Below the pieces are notes generated by a model, which was not told where the DNA came from, did not search any database, and saw only the letters and a program-made list of their open reading frames with translations. A stretch of DNA of 63,342 nucleotides, the filler included, from Kipferlia bialata (lineage: Eukaryota), in the NCBI GenBank assembly GCA_003568945.1. It is 5 parts of 4 records of this genome, joined end to end, with 100 filler letters (N's around TTAATTAATTAA, not from the genome) between each part and the next. Parts side by side here need not be neighbours in the genome. Positions count along the whole stretch, not along the records: positions 41,729 to 52,119 come from BDIP01000087.1; positions 52,220 to 58,843 come from BDIP01000095.1; positions 58,944 to 63,342 come from BDIP01000098.1; 2 more parts are not named here. One strand, written 5' to 3'. Positions 51,701 to 63,342 of this stretch are shown piece by piece (positions within the stretch are counted from its first letter, which is position 1; every line of letters begins with the position of its first letter). The translations under genes and the position numbers were made by a program.

Positions 51701-52030
51701 TAGACACAGACGACACACAGGAGAGGGAGAGAGAGAGAGAGGCAGCCAGAGAGAGGGACCAGGAGACAAGGGAGAAGAGAAGGTGAGAGTTGTTTGATAT
51801 TCCTTTAGATCATCGTTCATGTTGAGCTACCCCTCTGCAACCCTCTTTCTCTCTCTCTCTCTCCCTCTCTCTCTCTCTCCCCTCTTGACTTATCCCAGGC
51901 GCGGTCCTTCCGATCTTCAGTATGTGGAGAGTCTTAACGTGCAGTCTCCAGGTAATACCATGTTCTGGGATTGAAAGAGAGAGAACGGTACTATTCTCTC
52001 TGACTCTCACTCTCACTCTCCTGGTCACCT
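41858..52030 (+). CDS. Large hypothetical multi-exon Arg/Glu/Ser-rich protein (both ends partial) with microsatellite-rich introns
   Basis: A chain of many short AG...GT exons plus long open stretches (45336-45780, 46203-46662, 49199-50542). No recognised domain. The introns contain many partial exon duplicates. Confidence 0.55.
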
Positions 52031-52060
52031 ACTTAGATCCAGGACACACTCTCCTGATGT

Positions 52061-52114
<54 letters not shown>

Positions 52115-52119
52115 CCTCT

Positions 52120-52219
52120 NNNNNNNNNNNNNNNNNNNNNNNNNNNNNNNNNNNNNNNNNNNNTTAATTAATTAANNNNNNNNNNNNNNNNNNNNNNNNN
52201 NNNNNNNNNNNNNNNNNNN
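52120..52219. other. Artificial contig spacer
   Basis: N-run + TTAATTAATTAA + N-run. Confidence 0.99.
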
Positions 52220-52271
<52 letters not shown>

Positions 52272-52349
52272 ACGGAACAGATACATATCTATAACTGGGG
52301 AATCATATACCCTGACACATGTATATAAAAATATACATACACACTGTAC

Positions 52350-53444
52350 CTGCACCCTCTGTACAGCCACATGTGCCAGCCCCTCTCTGATGACATGGGG
52401 TCTGACAAGAATGACAGCTAGACGCCTGTCGCCCTGTGTGGTTAGGGGAAAGATGCAAACGACATACTACCTTTCAATGTATGTATATTGGCCTCTCTCC
52501 TTCGTATGTACCATACTCTCCCTACCTCCTCTATCTCCTTGTCCCCGACCTGGGGGAATGCATACACAGGGGACAGACCAGACGCGGTGGATCCCTGGGG
52601 TCACAGACAATGTATATAGTATATATATATATAATATCACATATAATATATAGACGGGGGACAGACCAGACGCGGTGGAGCCCTGGGTCAGTGACGCAAC
52701 ATAGATACTGTCTCTCTCAAACAAGTACTTACTCCCCCACCCCCTTTGAAGCTGCACAGGCCGAGCCCCTTATCCCTCTTCACTTCCCCTTTCTCTCTTA
52801 ATACACAACGTATCTCCTCTATACACATCTATACACCCACCTCCTCCTTGAAGCACAGGTCCAGCTCCCTCTCAGCTGAGGCAGGGGAGTCAGACCCATG
52901 GGCAGCATTCCTGGGGGGTGGGAACAGCATAGTATAGATACAATGATATAATATATATGTAGAGTGGTTATACTATATATATATATATATGTAGTCAGAC
53001 CCAAAGCGGCATTCCTCGGGACAGAGTATATAGTATTGTATATGAGAGGAAAACAGTAACACACACTTTCACTACATCTGCATTACAATTACATAAGGTA
53101 GGTATATACCTTGTTCCGTCTATGGCATACAGTGCCCTGATGCATCCAGGCTGGGTGGCACGGGCAGTCTCGGGGTTGGTGGGGCCTGGGGGGTGAGGGG
53201 ACGATGCATAGATACATATGTGTGTGTATATGAATACGCCTAGGACCACTCGTGAGGGGACAGTATGTGAAGATCTGTAAAACATGATAAGTATTTATAA
53301 ATGCGTATATGTATACATACTACACACACCTAGCAGTCCCCTCCACGTCTTGATGGCGTCTGGCCCTGTCAGCTTCATCACCAGACAGGGGGCAGAGGTC
53401 ATCATGGACACAAGGGCGGGGAAGAAGGGTCTAGGGGTAAGTAT

Positions 53445-53480
<36 letters not shown>

Positions 53481-53614
53481 TTGTCACCCCATTATCACTT
53501 CATATCACCCACCGATTAGAGAGGCTATATCAATGCATAGAACATCCTCACCTGCCCTGGTGCTCTGCGTAGAATGTCTCTGCCTCCTCTCTCTCCATCT
53601 GCACCATCTGGCAC
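52350..53614 (-). CDS. Nucleoside diphosphate kinase domain protein (NME5/7-like), both ends partial
   Basis: Spliced MEREEAETFYAEHQGR|PFFPALVSMMTSAPCLVMKL...IKTWRGLL|GPTNPETARATQPGCIRALYAIDGTR|NAAHGSDSPASAERE, including the catalytic HGSD motif. Confidence 0.88.
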
Positions 53615-53723
53615 CTGGGTGTAAAGGGGGGGGGGGGGGGGGGGGGAGGGGGGGTATAACAACCCGTGTCTGAAATAGGGTACAGTGCAGGGAAAATGAA
53701 ATGCCGTGATAAGTGCCACTCAC

Positions 53724-54221
53724 CATGTGCCGTGGGCGTGGTCGAAGTCAAGGATCTCGTCGGTTAGGGACTTGCCTGGGGAGTCCAGAGAGGGGATGGA
53801 CCTGTTATGAGGGTATGTGCGTATCAGGGAGAGAGACGGTAAACAGTGTGAAATCAGACACACACCTGAACAGCTCCCAGAAGTTCTCGTAGGTCTCCTC
53901 CTGGAGCATACGGCCTCCGCGGCAGACGAATCCACCCTCAACGGATCCAATTCCGTCGTTGGAGCCTCCCAGGATGGGAAGTCCCTCGTAGATGTGGATG
54001 TTCTCACCCTTGAATCCGCAATCACGGATCAGGTAAGCGGCTCCAGAAAGGGATGCGAGGCCACCTCCGACGAAGTAGGCATGGCGGTCCTGGGCACTGC
54101 CGGAGTAAGCGTATGCTGGCTTGAGCAGCTTGGCGGCCTTGTTGCGAGACTTCATGTACATGCTGGTTCCCATGGCCAGGGCAGCGAGTCCCATGGTGGC
54201 CTTCATTGCGTCAATTCCCAT
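53724..54221 (-). CDS. ohyA: Oleate hydratase / myosin-cross-reactive antigen (FAD-dependent), first two exons
   Basis: AYFVGGGLASLSGAAYLIRDCGFKGENIHIYE...LGGSNDG...GFVCRGGRMLQEETYENFWELFR|SIPSL. Exons 53866-54221 and 53724-53801 are separated by a 64-nt GT-AG intron. Confidence 0.9.
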
Positions 54222-54761
54222 CTTGTTTGGTGTGTATGCAGTGTGCGCGGTGAGAAGGTAGTGTGGGGAGGTAGTAGCAGAAGCTCACTGTCCTAGACTG
54301 AAAAAGGCGATTGTCGGATACGCATCGACGTCGGGCGCTGTATGGAATGAAAAATGTTGTTTTCAGTACACCAAAAATAAGGGCCATGTTGTGAATTCTA
54401 AGGGTCTGGTACAGCAGCAAAACTCTTGCACTGTGACAGTACCTCGTTGTCTCGACAAAGTGTGGGTCCCTGAGTAACTGAGGCTCAGAGTTACCGAGAC
54501 CAATAGAACTAGATACCGGCTGCAGCTTCAGCTCTACCTACCCTCCAAGAATCAAAGAAATCTAACGCTAAATCTAACGCTATAGAAGTTCTATTGTGAT
54601 TGCTAACGTTACACAACCCTCAGCCGAAGCTCCGATGAGTTGACTACAATAAAGGCCCCCAAAGTCATTGCTAACCACCTGAAGGTGTCATATATACACT
54701 CATACTCTCCCAACACGACTCCTCATCATACGGAGAGACATCATTCTCCACAACATACCAC

Positions 54762-55303
54762 TTACTGGGCGATGGAGTCAACAAGCTCTCTGAGCCTGCG
54801 GAGGGACTTGGCGAGAACAGCCTTGTCACTCTTCACGATAGCCACAGCTGTGACTGGCCTGGAGATTCCAGCGGAACGTCCAAGGGTCTGCTGGGAGGGG
54901 ACGTACACGTAGGGCACATCCTTGTCCTCACAGAGTAGGGGAAGGTGAAGCACAATCTCCAGGGGGAGAGTGTCAGCAGCGATGATGATGAACTCAGCCT
55001 TACCCTTGTGGAGCATCTTGGCAGCCTCGTTGGCTCCGATACGGAGAAGCTTCAGACCAGCGGAGTTCTGAACAATCTCAAGGATCTCCACGACAACCTT
55101 GTCGTCCTTAACACATGGGAAAGCTCTGCGATCGATAGCCTGAGTTAGACACTATGGGGGACAACACAACAACCAATTTGAGAATGAAAGTAGATTATGG
55201 AGATCTGACACTCGCCAAAATACCCCCAAACCCACATACAAACAACCCATATGACAAACTGGAACATATCAATCCCACAGAACACCAATGTACCACATAC
55301 CAT
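54762..55303 (-). CDS. SNU13: Snu13/15.5K (NHP2L1), L7Ae-family snoRNP/U4 protein
   Basis: ATG|intron 55140-55300|AIDRRAFP...LRIGANEAAKML...IIIAADTLPLEIVLHLPLLCEDKDVPYVYVPSQQTLGRSAGISRPV. Confidence 0.95.
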
Positions 55304-55449
55304 TGATTCAGCCCTTCAAAGAGCATATCTGAGCGAGCTCAACAGAACCTCCGACAATAATCCGAAACCAGCACATTATCTCCGAGAGTAGCCTCCTGCA
55401 ACTCAACGCTCTTGAGCATATCTGACCCTTGAACAGTGAGGGAGCTCCA
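55304..55449. promoter_or_regulatory. Putative bidirectional promoter with a 12-bp direct repeat GAGCATATCTGA
   Basis: Only 146 bp separate the divergent start codons. The repeat copies lie at 55321-55332 and 55414-55425. Confidence 0.5.
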
Positions 55450-56127
55450 ATGAGCTCCATTGACGACTTCAGCATCCCTGAGGGGGCCAAAGTGTTTGCA
55501 TTGAACCTCCCACCCAATGTATGTCGCCAGCAATAATGATTCAACCATCTTTCTGATCTTTCTGACTCCGATACTCACTTTCCAATGCTTATTATTGCTT
55601 CTTTGTACTCTTCTGACTCCAGTTTGATGTCAGTGCACTTGATGGTGTTCGCATTAAGCTTCCAGAGATGGTACAGCAGAGTCACCGTATCAAGCTGAAC
55701 AAGGGATTCACTGGAGACTATTCTGTCGCTCTCTCAAGGTAATAATCTCTATGTATACGTAAATATCTTTCTATGTTTCAGTGTGCCTGTTCTGTGAGGA
55801 TTTGCGTTGGTTTGGGACTCCTATATGTATATTGTGCCTCTGACACAGTGATGCTGTGTCCCATGTGCTAGTCAACACCAACGGAGAGGTGCTGGAGACT
55901 GTGCCCACCAAGGGGACATTGACTGTTATCCCCACTATGCCTAGTGTTGAGCCCAAGGTTTGTAAGATAGTGTACCTGTTGTATGCGTCTCTTGCATTCC
56001 TTCGCCTTACCCATAGGCTGAGCATGTCAATGCCACCATTGAGCGTACTATCCCCTGGGTGACCTCTACGCAGTGCCTGGTACCATTTGAGAACATTCCA
56101 GAGGAGGGAGACGTCGACATGGCTTAG
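55450..56127 (+). CDS. Small four-exon protein resembling RNA polymerase I subunit RPA34/PAF49
   Basis: MSSIDDFSIPEGAKVFALNLPPN|FDVSALDGVRIKLPEMVQQSHRIKLNKGFTGDYSVALSS...DVDMA*. The N-terminus resembles the A34.5 motif LWLIxAPxxFxxxxLxGxxxxL as recalled. Confidence 0.5.
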
Positions 56128-56739
56128 ATTGGATCATACCGGAGAGCACTCCAGCCTGGAGTCCCCAGGTGATGGAGAAGAGTGAGAGGTGTTTCGCTCA
56201 GCTTTGAATGAGGTGGAGCTTCCTACGATATCATCCTCATCCTGTGCACATGTGTCTTAACCTTGCCTCTTGCGTCTGGTTCACGCTGGAGGGGGTGTTG
56301 TGCTGTGCATTCATTAATGCGCAGTGTGTCTTATTTATTCGTTTTGTGATTCGGCTTGTTTTGTATTTGGCCGGTCTCGTCTGTTTTCTGTTTGTATGGT
56401 CCGATTGAATAGACTGTATATATCAGCCTTCTGGTGCTCTCTTCGTGTGTTTGCGTTCTACTTTAGCCTCATATTGAGATAGTACATAACCCGCACCACA
56501 ATATCAGGATTGGGGATAACTGATGACATACTGGTCTTGCAAGGTCTCTCGATGTTTATCTGGAGTAGAATACATATATGGAGTGGAATATTGACCGTCA
56601 CTGACGGTGACTCAGAGAGGCAGACTCATGATTCACTGAGATTCGGCAAACACAATTTGAGGATGTAGAATGCCAAGGGTTCGAGGCTTGAGGCCTCTTC
56701 AAGCCTCGAACAGCTAACTCTGAGCTGGTTGGGACAGAT

Positions 56740-58745
56740 ATGGAGCTCTCTCGGAGATTCAGGTTCCAGAGTCCCCGTGGTGGGCGTACGGAGAGTACGT
56801 AAGACCTGTACTGTTGAAATTTTTCCTTCATCTAACCTCAGCCGCTCTTACCTACATCACCACGAGTGTCAGAGACTCTCTATGCGACATTTCGGTCTCG
56901 GTAGTGACTGCTGAGGGACCATGTGGCTTCGTGGACACGTTCATGTGGTCTGCGTACTACGAAAGTGCTGTGGAGCTTCGCTCTGCTCTTGGAGAGGCCT
57001 TGTCCTCTGATGGTAACGAAGACGACATGGCTCCATGCAGACTTGTATTTGAGGGACAGAGCCTCTGGAAGAGCCACACCCTGTGCTTCGTGTTTGACAG
57101 GGTTGCCCTGACTATGAGGTGAGAAACACAGCCAGTTCATCATTGCTCAATATGTCTCTGGGTGTGGTGTGGTGTGGTAACAGTGAGTTACGGTTGTACA
57201 TACATGTTCAATGACTCTTATGTTTGGGGAGGGGGGGGGACCACGATCAGCTGTCGGAGTTACAGTTCCCAATTAGTCTCTGTGCTATGCCCTCTCTTAT
57301 TGTCAACACATCCCCCACCTCACACTCAGGCGTGTGTCTGGCTTCCACTCCATCAGGAAGACCCCCATCCTGCGTATCTTCCCCAGGGACTTCCATGTCA
57401 TCCAGGTACCGCATCTCCCCGTCGCAAACCTCACTATAGAATGATCTTCTTCTCTGGTTACGGTCAGTGCCCCAGCATGTTGTAACACTGCGAGCCGAAG
57501 TGACTACGTGTATTCTACTCTTCCTATAGGGTTGTGTCTGTTGTGTTGTCCCCTGTTCTCTGCTGACTCTCAGGTGACTGGCGTCAACCGCAACGACCTT
57601 CTACCCGGCACTGAGGCAGACAGGGTGTTCACAACTATCCTCGGTAGAGTTAGGTAAGAGGGCCTTTGAATGTCTCAGTTGGACATGTGTCCTACTCTCA
57701 TTGGGAGCCTCCACCCCCCCTTCCCTTCCCTCACCCCTAGCAACTATGTCACCGTGGCTGGGTTTTCCAGTCTGTCCGTGGTCCCACAGGTATCACCCTC
57801 CATATAGTATGTATATATACATATAATATATATATTGTGTATATGTGGTATATATTTAGTATGTATGTGTAATTGCATATCTGCAAGCTGGCTTTCTTAT
57901 CCATCTATATTAGTATTCCTTGTTTATTCACTAAAGTGAGTGGTCTCTGATGTGTTCATACACCTCTCCCCCTGTCTCACCCCCAGGACAAGCAGGTTGC
58001 CATTGCCAAGGTGCACCAGCTGGCAGAGGACTCCAGCATCAAGGTACGGTCTCTCTCTCTCTCTCTCCCCCTCTCCCTCTATCTCTCTCCCATCCTCACC
58101 CTAGGTGATGCTGGCCGAGGAGGTCTCTCTGTTCCTCGACCCGTACTTTGCCACCAGTGCAGTCAAGAAGGGCGAGAAGCCTCTCGACAACCAGTACGTT
58201 GCTGGTGTGTATCAGGCCGTCTCTGGGTATCTCCCACATCATCTCACACTCAGGATCGACCTTCCCTTCGCAGGTATCTGCAACCAGTGGCCTGCCGGTA
58301 ACACACCTCCCCTCCTGCACTCTGTGGTGCCTGCATGCAGTCCCCTCAGGTACCCATGCATATGTGTGTATATATGTACTCTGACTGTACATGCCGTACT
58401 CACCGCCAGGCTCAACGATGCTGACCAGTCTCTGCTGCCCCTGGGTCGTGTCATGACCACCCTCTCCAACATGGGTGGGTGGCACTGTCACATCTATCAA
58501 TCATGCTTCTATACCCCCCAGCCCCTCACCCCCAGGCGACTCCCTCGCCTTCATGCCCTCCTCTGCCTTCCTGGGTGCAGTCAAGAAGGGACACGGCAGG
58601 GTGGGTGGTACAGTGCCTCTGTTGTATATATATATATATATATATATATCTGATATCAGGGTATGGGAGACACTAGAGAGAGGAGTGTCCCCCTCCTGAG
58701 GTCTGTGAGACAGCTCACCAGTGGCGGTAGTGTCAGCAGCAAGGT
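56740..58745 (+). CDS. Hypothetical multi-exon protein, 3' partial
   Basis: About eleven short exons with canonical splice sites start from MELSRRFRFQSPRGG. No recognised family. Confidence 0.55.
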
Positions 58746-58796
58746 ATATATACCTCACTCAAACAACACCGGCTTTCTATTACCTAGCCAAGTGCT

Positions 58797-58836
<40 letters not shown>

Positions 58837-58843
58837 GCCGCGC

Positions 58844-58943
58844 NNNNNNNNNNNNNNNNNNNNNNNNNNNNNNNNNNNNNNNNNNNNTTAATTAATTAAN
58901 NNNNNNNNNNNNNNNNNNNNNNNNNNNNNNNNNNNNNNNNNNN
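58844..58943. other. Artificial contig spacer
   Basis: N-run + TTAATTAATTAA + N-run. Confidence 0.99.
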
Positions 58944-59022
58944 AAAGAAAGAAAAAAGGGAGGGGGGGGGGGGGGGGGGGGGGGGTCATAAGGCTATGAT
59001 GCAACCTATGATATATCGATAC

Positions 59023-62000
59023 CTGGCAGCAACGTCCTGGATGCCTGTACCAGTGCCAGAGTCTCTCTAATCAGGTCAGGCTTTACGGCTCTGTAGGATA
59101 AGAGGACGGGAAAGAGAGATGCAGTGCATATTCTCGTCAGTGTCTGGCTATCATTCTCACATATTCATTGTTATGTATACTTTGCAGTGTACACTGATCC
59201 CCACAGTTTCGGGCCCACACGTCTACTTGAGTATATACAGACCATAAACGTCATCCTCTTACCTATCCACATCCGTATCGAAGGACAGGCTTGGACTGGC
59301 GTTGGCCTCGATCAGGTAGGGGTTTCCGAGCCTGTCAAACAGGACATCGAATCCTAAGGGTCACAGGCGGCATCTCAAAAGGTGTATTTAATATGTCGAC
59401 GCAGGGGGCAAGGGTATGAGTATAAGAAGACCCCTACCTAGGACCTCGAAACAGTTGGGACAGGCTGCTATACGGGCCGACTCACTAGAGCTGAAGAGGA
59501 CGGAGTGGAGGGACAGAAGAATGCATGTACGGATCTGGGGTCAGAGACACAGCGGAAAGAGACGATGTATCTCTGATGCGTCTACCACCAAATCAACCAC
59601 CACGCAAAGTAATACCCCCCTACCTTGGCCCAGACTGTATCAGCTGTGAAGCACTCCCCAAGCTCTTGGTTCAGCTGTGCCAGGGCATCCACCATCGTCA
59701 GCTTGCACCTGTCAATCTCGGCCTCCTCAGAGAGAGAGGAGTTGATGCTGGGTGAGGAGCGGGTTACAAGTCGTAAAAGAACATGCCTACTCTAGATAGT
59801 GATATGAGTGAGGTAATGCGGGGACCAAGACACTCAATCCCATTGTAGGTAGATACTGACACCAACATGTACAGCGCGACTTCCATCTCGTGTTGGTCAA
59901 GGAATATGGGTAAATATCAGTATCAGTATCAGTACACACACGAGTCTTTGTGAATAGGAACCCCCACCTCGTGTTGGTCAGGTGGACGAAGTGATTGCTG
60001 AACTGGGATTCATCCATTGTGAACCTGAGGGATGAGGACAACAGTAAATTACATATCAGGCGGATAGACAGCAATGATAGAATTCATAGGATGTGCTTGG
60101 TATACATTGTATATGTACCTGTCGCGACAGACCCTGGCAATACCCTTTGTATACAGGTAGGCTCTGAAGTCACCTCCCGGGAGACAAAGAAGAAGGGCGT
60201 ATATTCTGGGTGAGTGGATAACTGACCGATCAAGTATACACTGTGCATGTACCTGAAGTCTAGCTTCCGACCCCCAACCGTAGCAGGGTTGGACACATAC
60301 TCCTGCACAACAGCATGTTCGCCTGGGAGGAGAGGAACACAGGAGAGGATATGAAATGAAGACGAAAGAGTATGAAAAGTACACTTGGCTAGCGACATTA
60401 ACATTGCAAATACTCACCCAACAAAGTGTTAACTACACAATGACAGTCATCCACCTTCTTGGATAATTAGTCCTATATATTGATTGTAATCCATCATACC
60501 TGCCAGAACTTCGTTGTCCCTCACAACACGAATGTCTCTGCCCCTACTCAGGCCGTTGGGCTTCACTAGGGGTAAGTCATCATAATGAAATACATATGCC
60601 TTTGACCTGGAACACTGAGAGGTAACTGGAAGAACCCAAAGACACTAGACCGAACAATGTCACTCACCAATATATGCCCTGTCGGAATGGTTCCACGTGT
60701 GCCTCACATACTGACTATATTCTGTCGGGAGGCTGAATGTAACAGGAATCATATGCCTATACCTGAATGTAAATTGGAGTGCGTCACTGCATATATACAC
60801 AAGGAGATAGAGTGGAAAATGGTCATAGTAATTACTTGGTGTTTTCACTCAGAGTGACAAGGAGTGAATGGAATATCAGCGGAGGGCAATACATCCGCCT
60901 CATTACGCAGTCCCAACTTAGTATATACTGATGAAGACTCAGACACTCACCGTTCTGCTTTGGAACCAGTCTTCAGAAGAGCCCTTAATCTACGATGAAA
61001 CTGGTCCTATCGGTTAGTGAATGGGTCAATATGATATATAGCCCAAATTGTAGGCATGAGTGTCTGGCCTAGTAGGCGACAACCGCAATACCGCCCTGAT
61101 ACCATACTTACCTTCCTCGTGAGTATCTGGATGTTTGGGAAGTGGTTGACAGCCTGGTTGATGTGTAATCCCAAGAGCAGCGTCTCTGTCACGGCACTGG
61201 CCCGCCAGGTCCACAGAATGTGGAACCCACCATCTGTGGCACCGGACCCAGCCTCGTCCCCTTTATCCCTGGTGTCCGCCACCCTCAGGCCCTCCACAGA
61301 TGCTACAGCCGACTGGATGTCCAGCAGGAGGCTGCGCCTAGACCCAGGCCCAACAAGTCGGAGGGTATTCTGCTCTGGAAGAGCAGAGAGAACGAGGGAG
61401 GGGGGGAGGGACAGGGAACCGTGAGACCCAAGGTCGGGGGCAATGAGGGACATTTGATACCTAGGGGTTAGGCTAGCCAAAGAAGATAACATCAATTACA
61501 GGAAGAGAAATGAAGCGGCCAAACAGTAGTGTAAGAAAGAGAACTGGCACCTGTAAATGTGGCATGCGAGAATAGAAGGCAGGGGTACAGGCTTGGACAC
61601 GTCTACCGACGCCATGCCCCTGGCAGACTGACACACAGACTGCGACCGAGAGGGACCCCCTCTATACCGGGGTTCTGACCCCTCCCTGTAAACGCTGCCT
61701 CTGCCTCTGCTGCAAGACACAGAGTGCCGCATGTCCTGCCCAGCCATGAGCGGGGACCCCCTGGTATGGGTGCCCAGCCCAGGAGGCCTGGCCCCGGGTC
61801 TCAGGGGAGGAAGAGAGAAGACGCCCTTGTGAATGGCAATGGGACTTCCTCGACCCTTGCCACTGCGGCTCTGCTCACTAAGGGCTCTGCCCTCTATATG
61901 CGATGTCCCTTTCCCCTCTCTGATAGGGGGGAGAGACCCAGTGCCTATGGCAGTCTGGGAGGACCCGTACTCCCTGCGGTCTGAGCTACGGTCAGCCCCC

Positions 62001-63282
62001 CTCCGTCGTGTGGGGGCACTCCCATCACCGACACCTCCCACGGTGTGTAGAGAAGGGGTCTTGGGAGAGTGGTGACGTCTCGTAGGCCTATAGGCCCCTG
62101 CCACCTGGTGCCTCTCAGTACCAGGGCCAGCACTAGCTCTACCGACACTGGTCACACCCGTGCCAGTCCCCTCTCCGAAGAGATGAGACCCAGCAGGAAC
62201 CACAGCCCCATCGCTGGACTCACCGTCGGAGGGCAACACCACGCCCGACTCAGACACGCAGCCACTCGACTCTGCACACCCTCCCTGCGTGTCCCCAGCA
62301 TCTAACCCACCCCTCCGTCCCTCTGACCCAAACCCAGCTGATAGGACACGAACGGTTCTGGCACTGTAGCCGACAGACCCGGCAGACATAGGGGGAGGGG
62401 TGCTGCTGCATACAACCCCAGCGACAGATGTGAGAGGATCCCCATCGGGGACTAGCAGGAGAGCTGTCCCACTTTCAGACGCAGACTGAGACACGGACTG
62501 AGACGCAGACTGAACATGGCGAGCAGGGAACCCGTCCTCACTCGCCTGGATCACACTATCACCCCCTAGCCTCTGCCCATCGCGAAGAGATTCTTCCCGG
62601 AGGTCTCGCTCTCTCGCTGTCTCTATCTCTAGCAGAAGTTCTCTCTCTCTCTGCTGAGCCTCCAGGAGTGCAGCCTCCAGTACTCTCCTCTCTTCGAGCT
62701 CTCTCTCCCTCTCCTCTCTCTCCTGCTCCAGCCGAATGGCCTCCAGCCTCGCCAAGGTCTCCCTCTCCCGTCGTGCCTTCTCCTCCTGTACCCTCTCCCT
62801 CTCAGCCTCCCTGGCAGCCTCCAACTCTTCCTGAACCACTCTCTCTCTCTCCACCTCCTCATCCAGGACACGCTGCCGCTCTGCTTCTTGCGCCCTAGCG
62901 ATCTCCCTCTCCCTCTCTCGCTCCTCCTCCACCACTCGCTGTGCTTCTCTCTCCACTGCGGCCTCAGCCTCCAATGCTGCCTGGGCCACTCGCTGCCTCT
63001 CCTCCAGCTTATGTCTCTTCTCATCCTCCCTCTGCTGCTTCTCTCTCTCCCTAGCCGCAGCACGCTGCTCCTGTAGCCTCCTCCTACAGGATCAGTAAAC
63101 AGAGTCGAAAGAACATTCTGAACACATCCTCTCTACGGAACAACTATTATCCTACACACATATCAGTGATACCTGGGGTCGTCTTTGGCAAGCTCCACCG
63201 GACGAGGTCTCCCATCCTTCTCACCCTTTCCCTTTCCTCGGTCAAAGGTAGATGTAGGCTTCAAATAGCCAGACCCATCAGC
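59023..63282 (-). CDS. Tubulin-tyrosine ligase-like (TTLL) protein with a long N-terminal coiled coil, both ends partial
   Basis: The motifs ILWTW, AVNHFPNIQILTRK, YIVKPNGLSRGRDIRVV, VVQEYVSNP...GRKLDFR and FVHLTN appear in the correct order. Confidence 0.88.
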
Positions 63283-63342
63283 CTGGCGGTTGGGGGGGGG
63301 GGATACACTTTGCACCGACGTTCTTAACACATACATAAAATC

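Overview
Eukaryotic, intron-rich genomic DNA made of five draft-assembly pieces joined by 100-nt N/TTAATTAATTAA spacers (20806-20905, 41629-41728, 52120-52219, 58844-58943). Short GT-AG introns with C-rich tracts before CAG, (TA)n and (GA)n microsatellites and ERERE-type coding repeats resemble the free-living fornicate Kipferlia. That assignment is an inference and was not checked. Manual splicing recovers about 25 genes, most of them invisible in the six-frame track: a USP, p24, PepN, an OTU protease, eIF2B-epsilon, UTP6, CENP-C, a RING protein, TBCE, an EF-hand protein, a SCAPER-like protein, importin-5, an NDP kinase, a bacterial-type oleate hydratase, SNU13, an RPA34-like protein and a TTLL. 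The main discovery is a tandem cluster of three minus-strand selenoprotein genes at 6050-8382: two Sep15/SelM-family paralogs with a Cys-less PGGU motif, and one novel 54-aa signal-peptide micro-protein. Each has an in-frame TGA and a 3'-UTR SECIS-like hairpin with a non-canonical CUGA/UUGA core, and the two paralogous hairpins show compensatory base changes. A second pattern is pervasive intronic 'echo' copies of exon ends that differ from the real exon mainly at synonymous positions. Several internal G/C homopolymer tracts appear to be cryptic misassembly joins.
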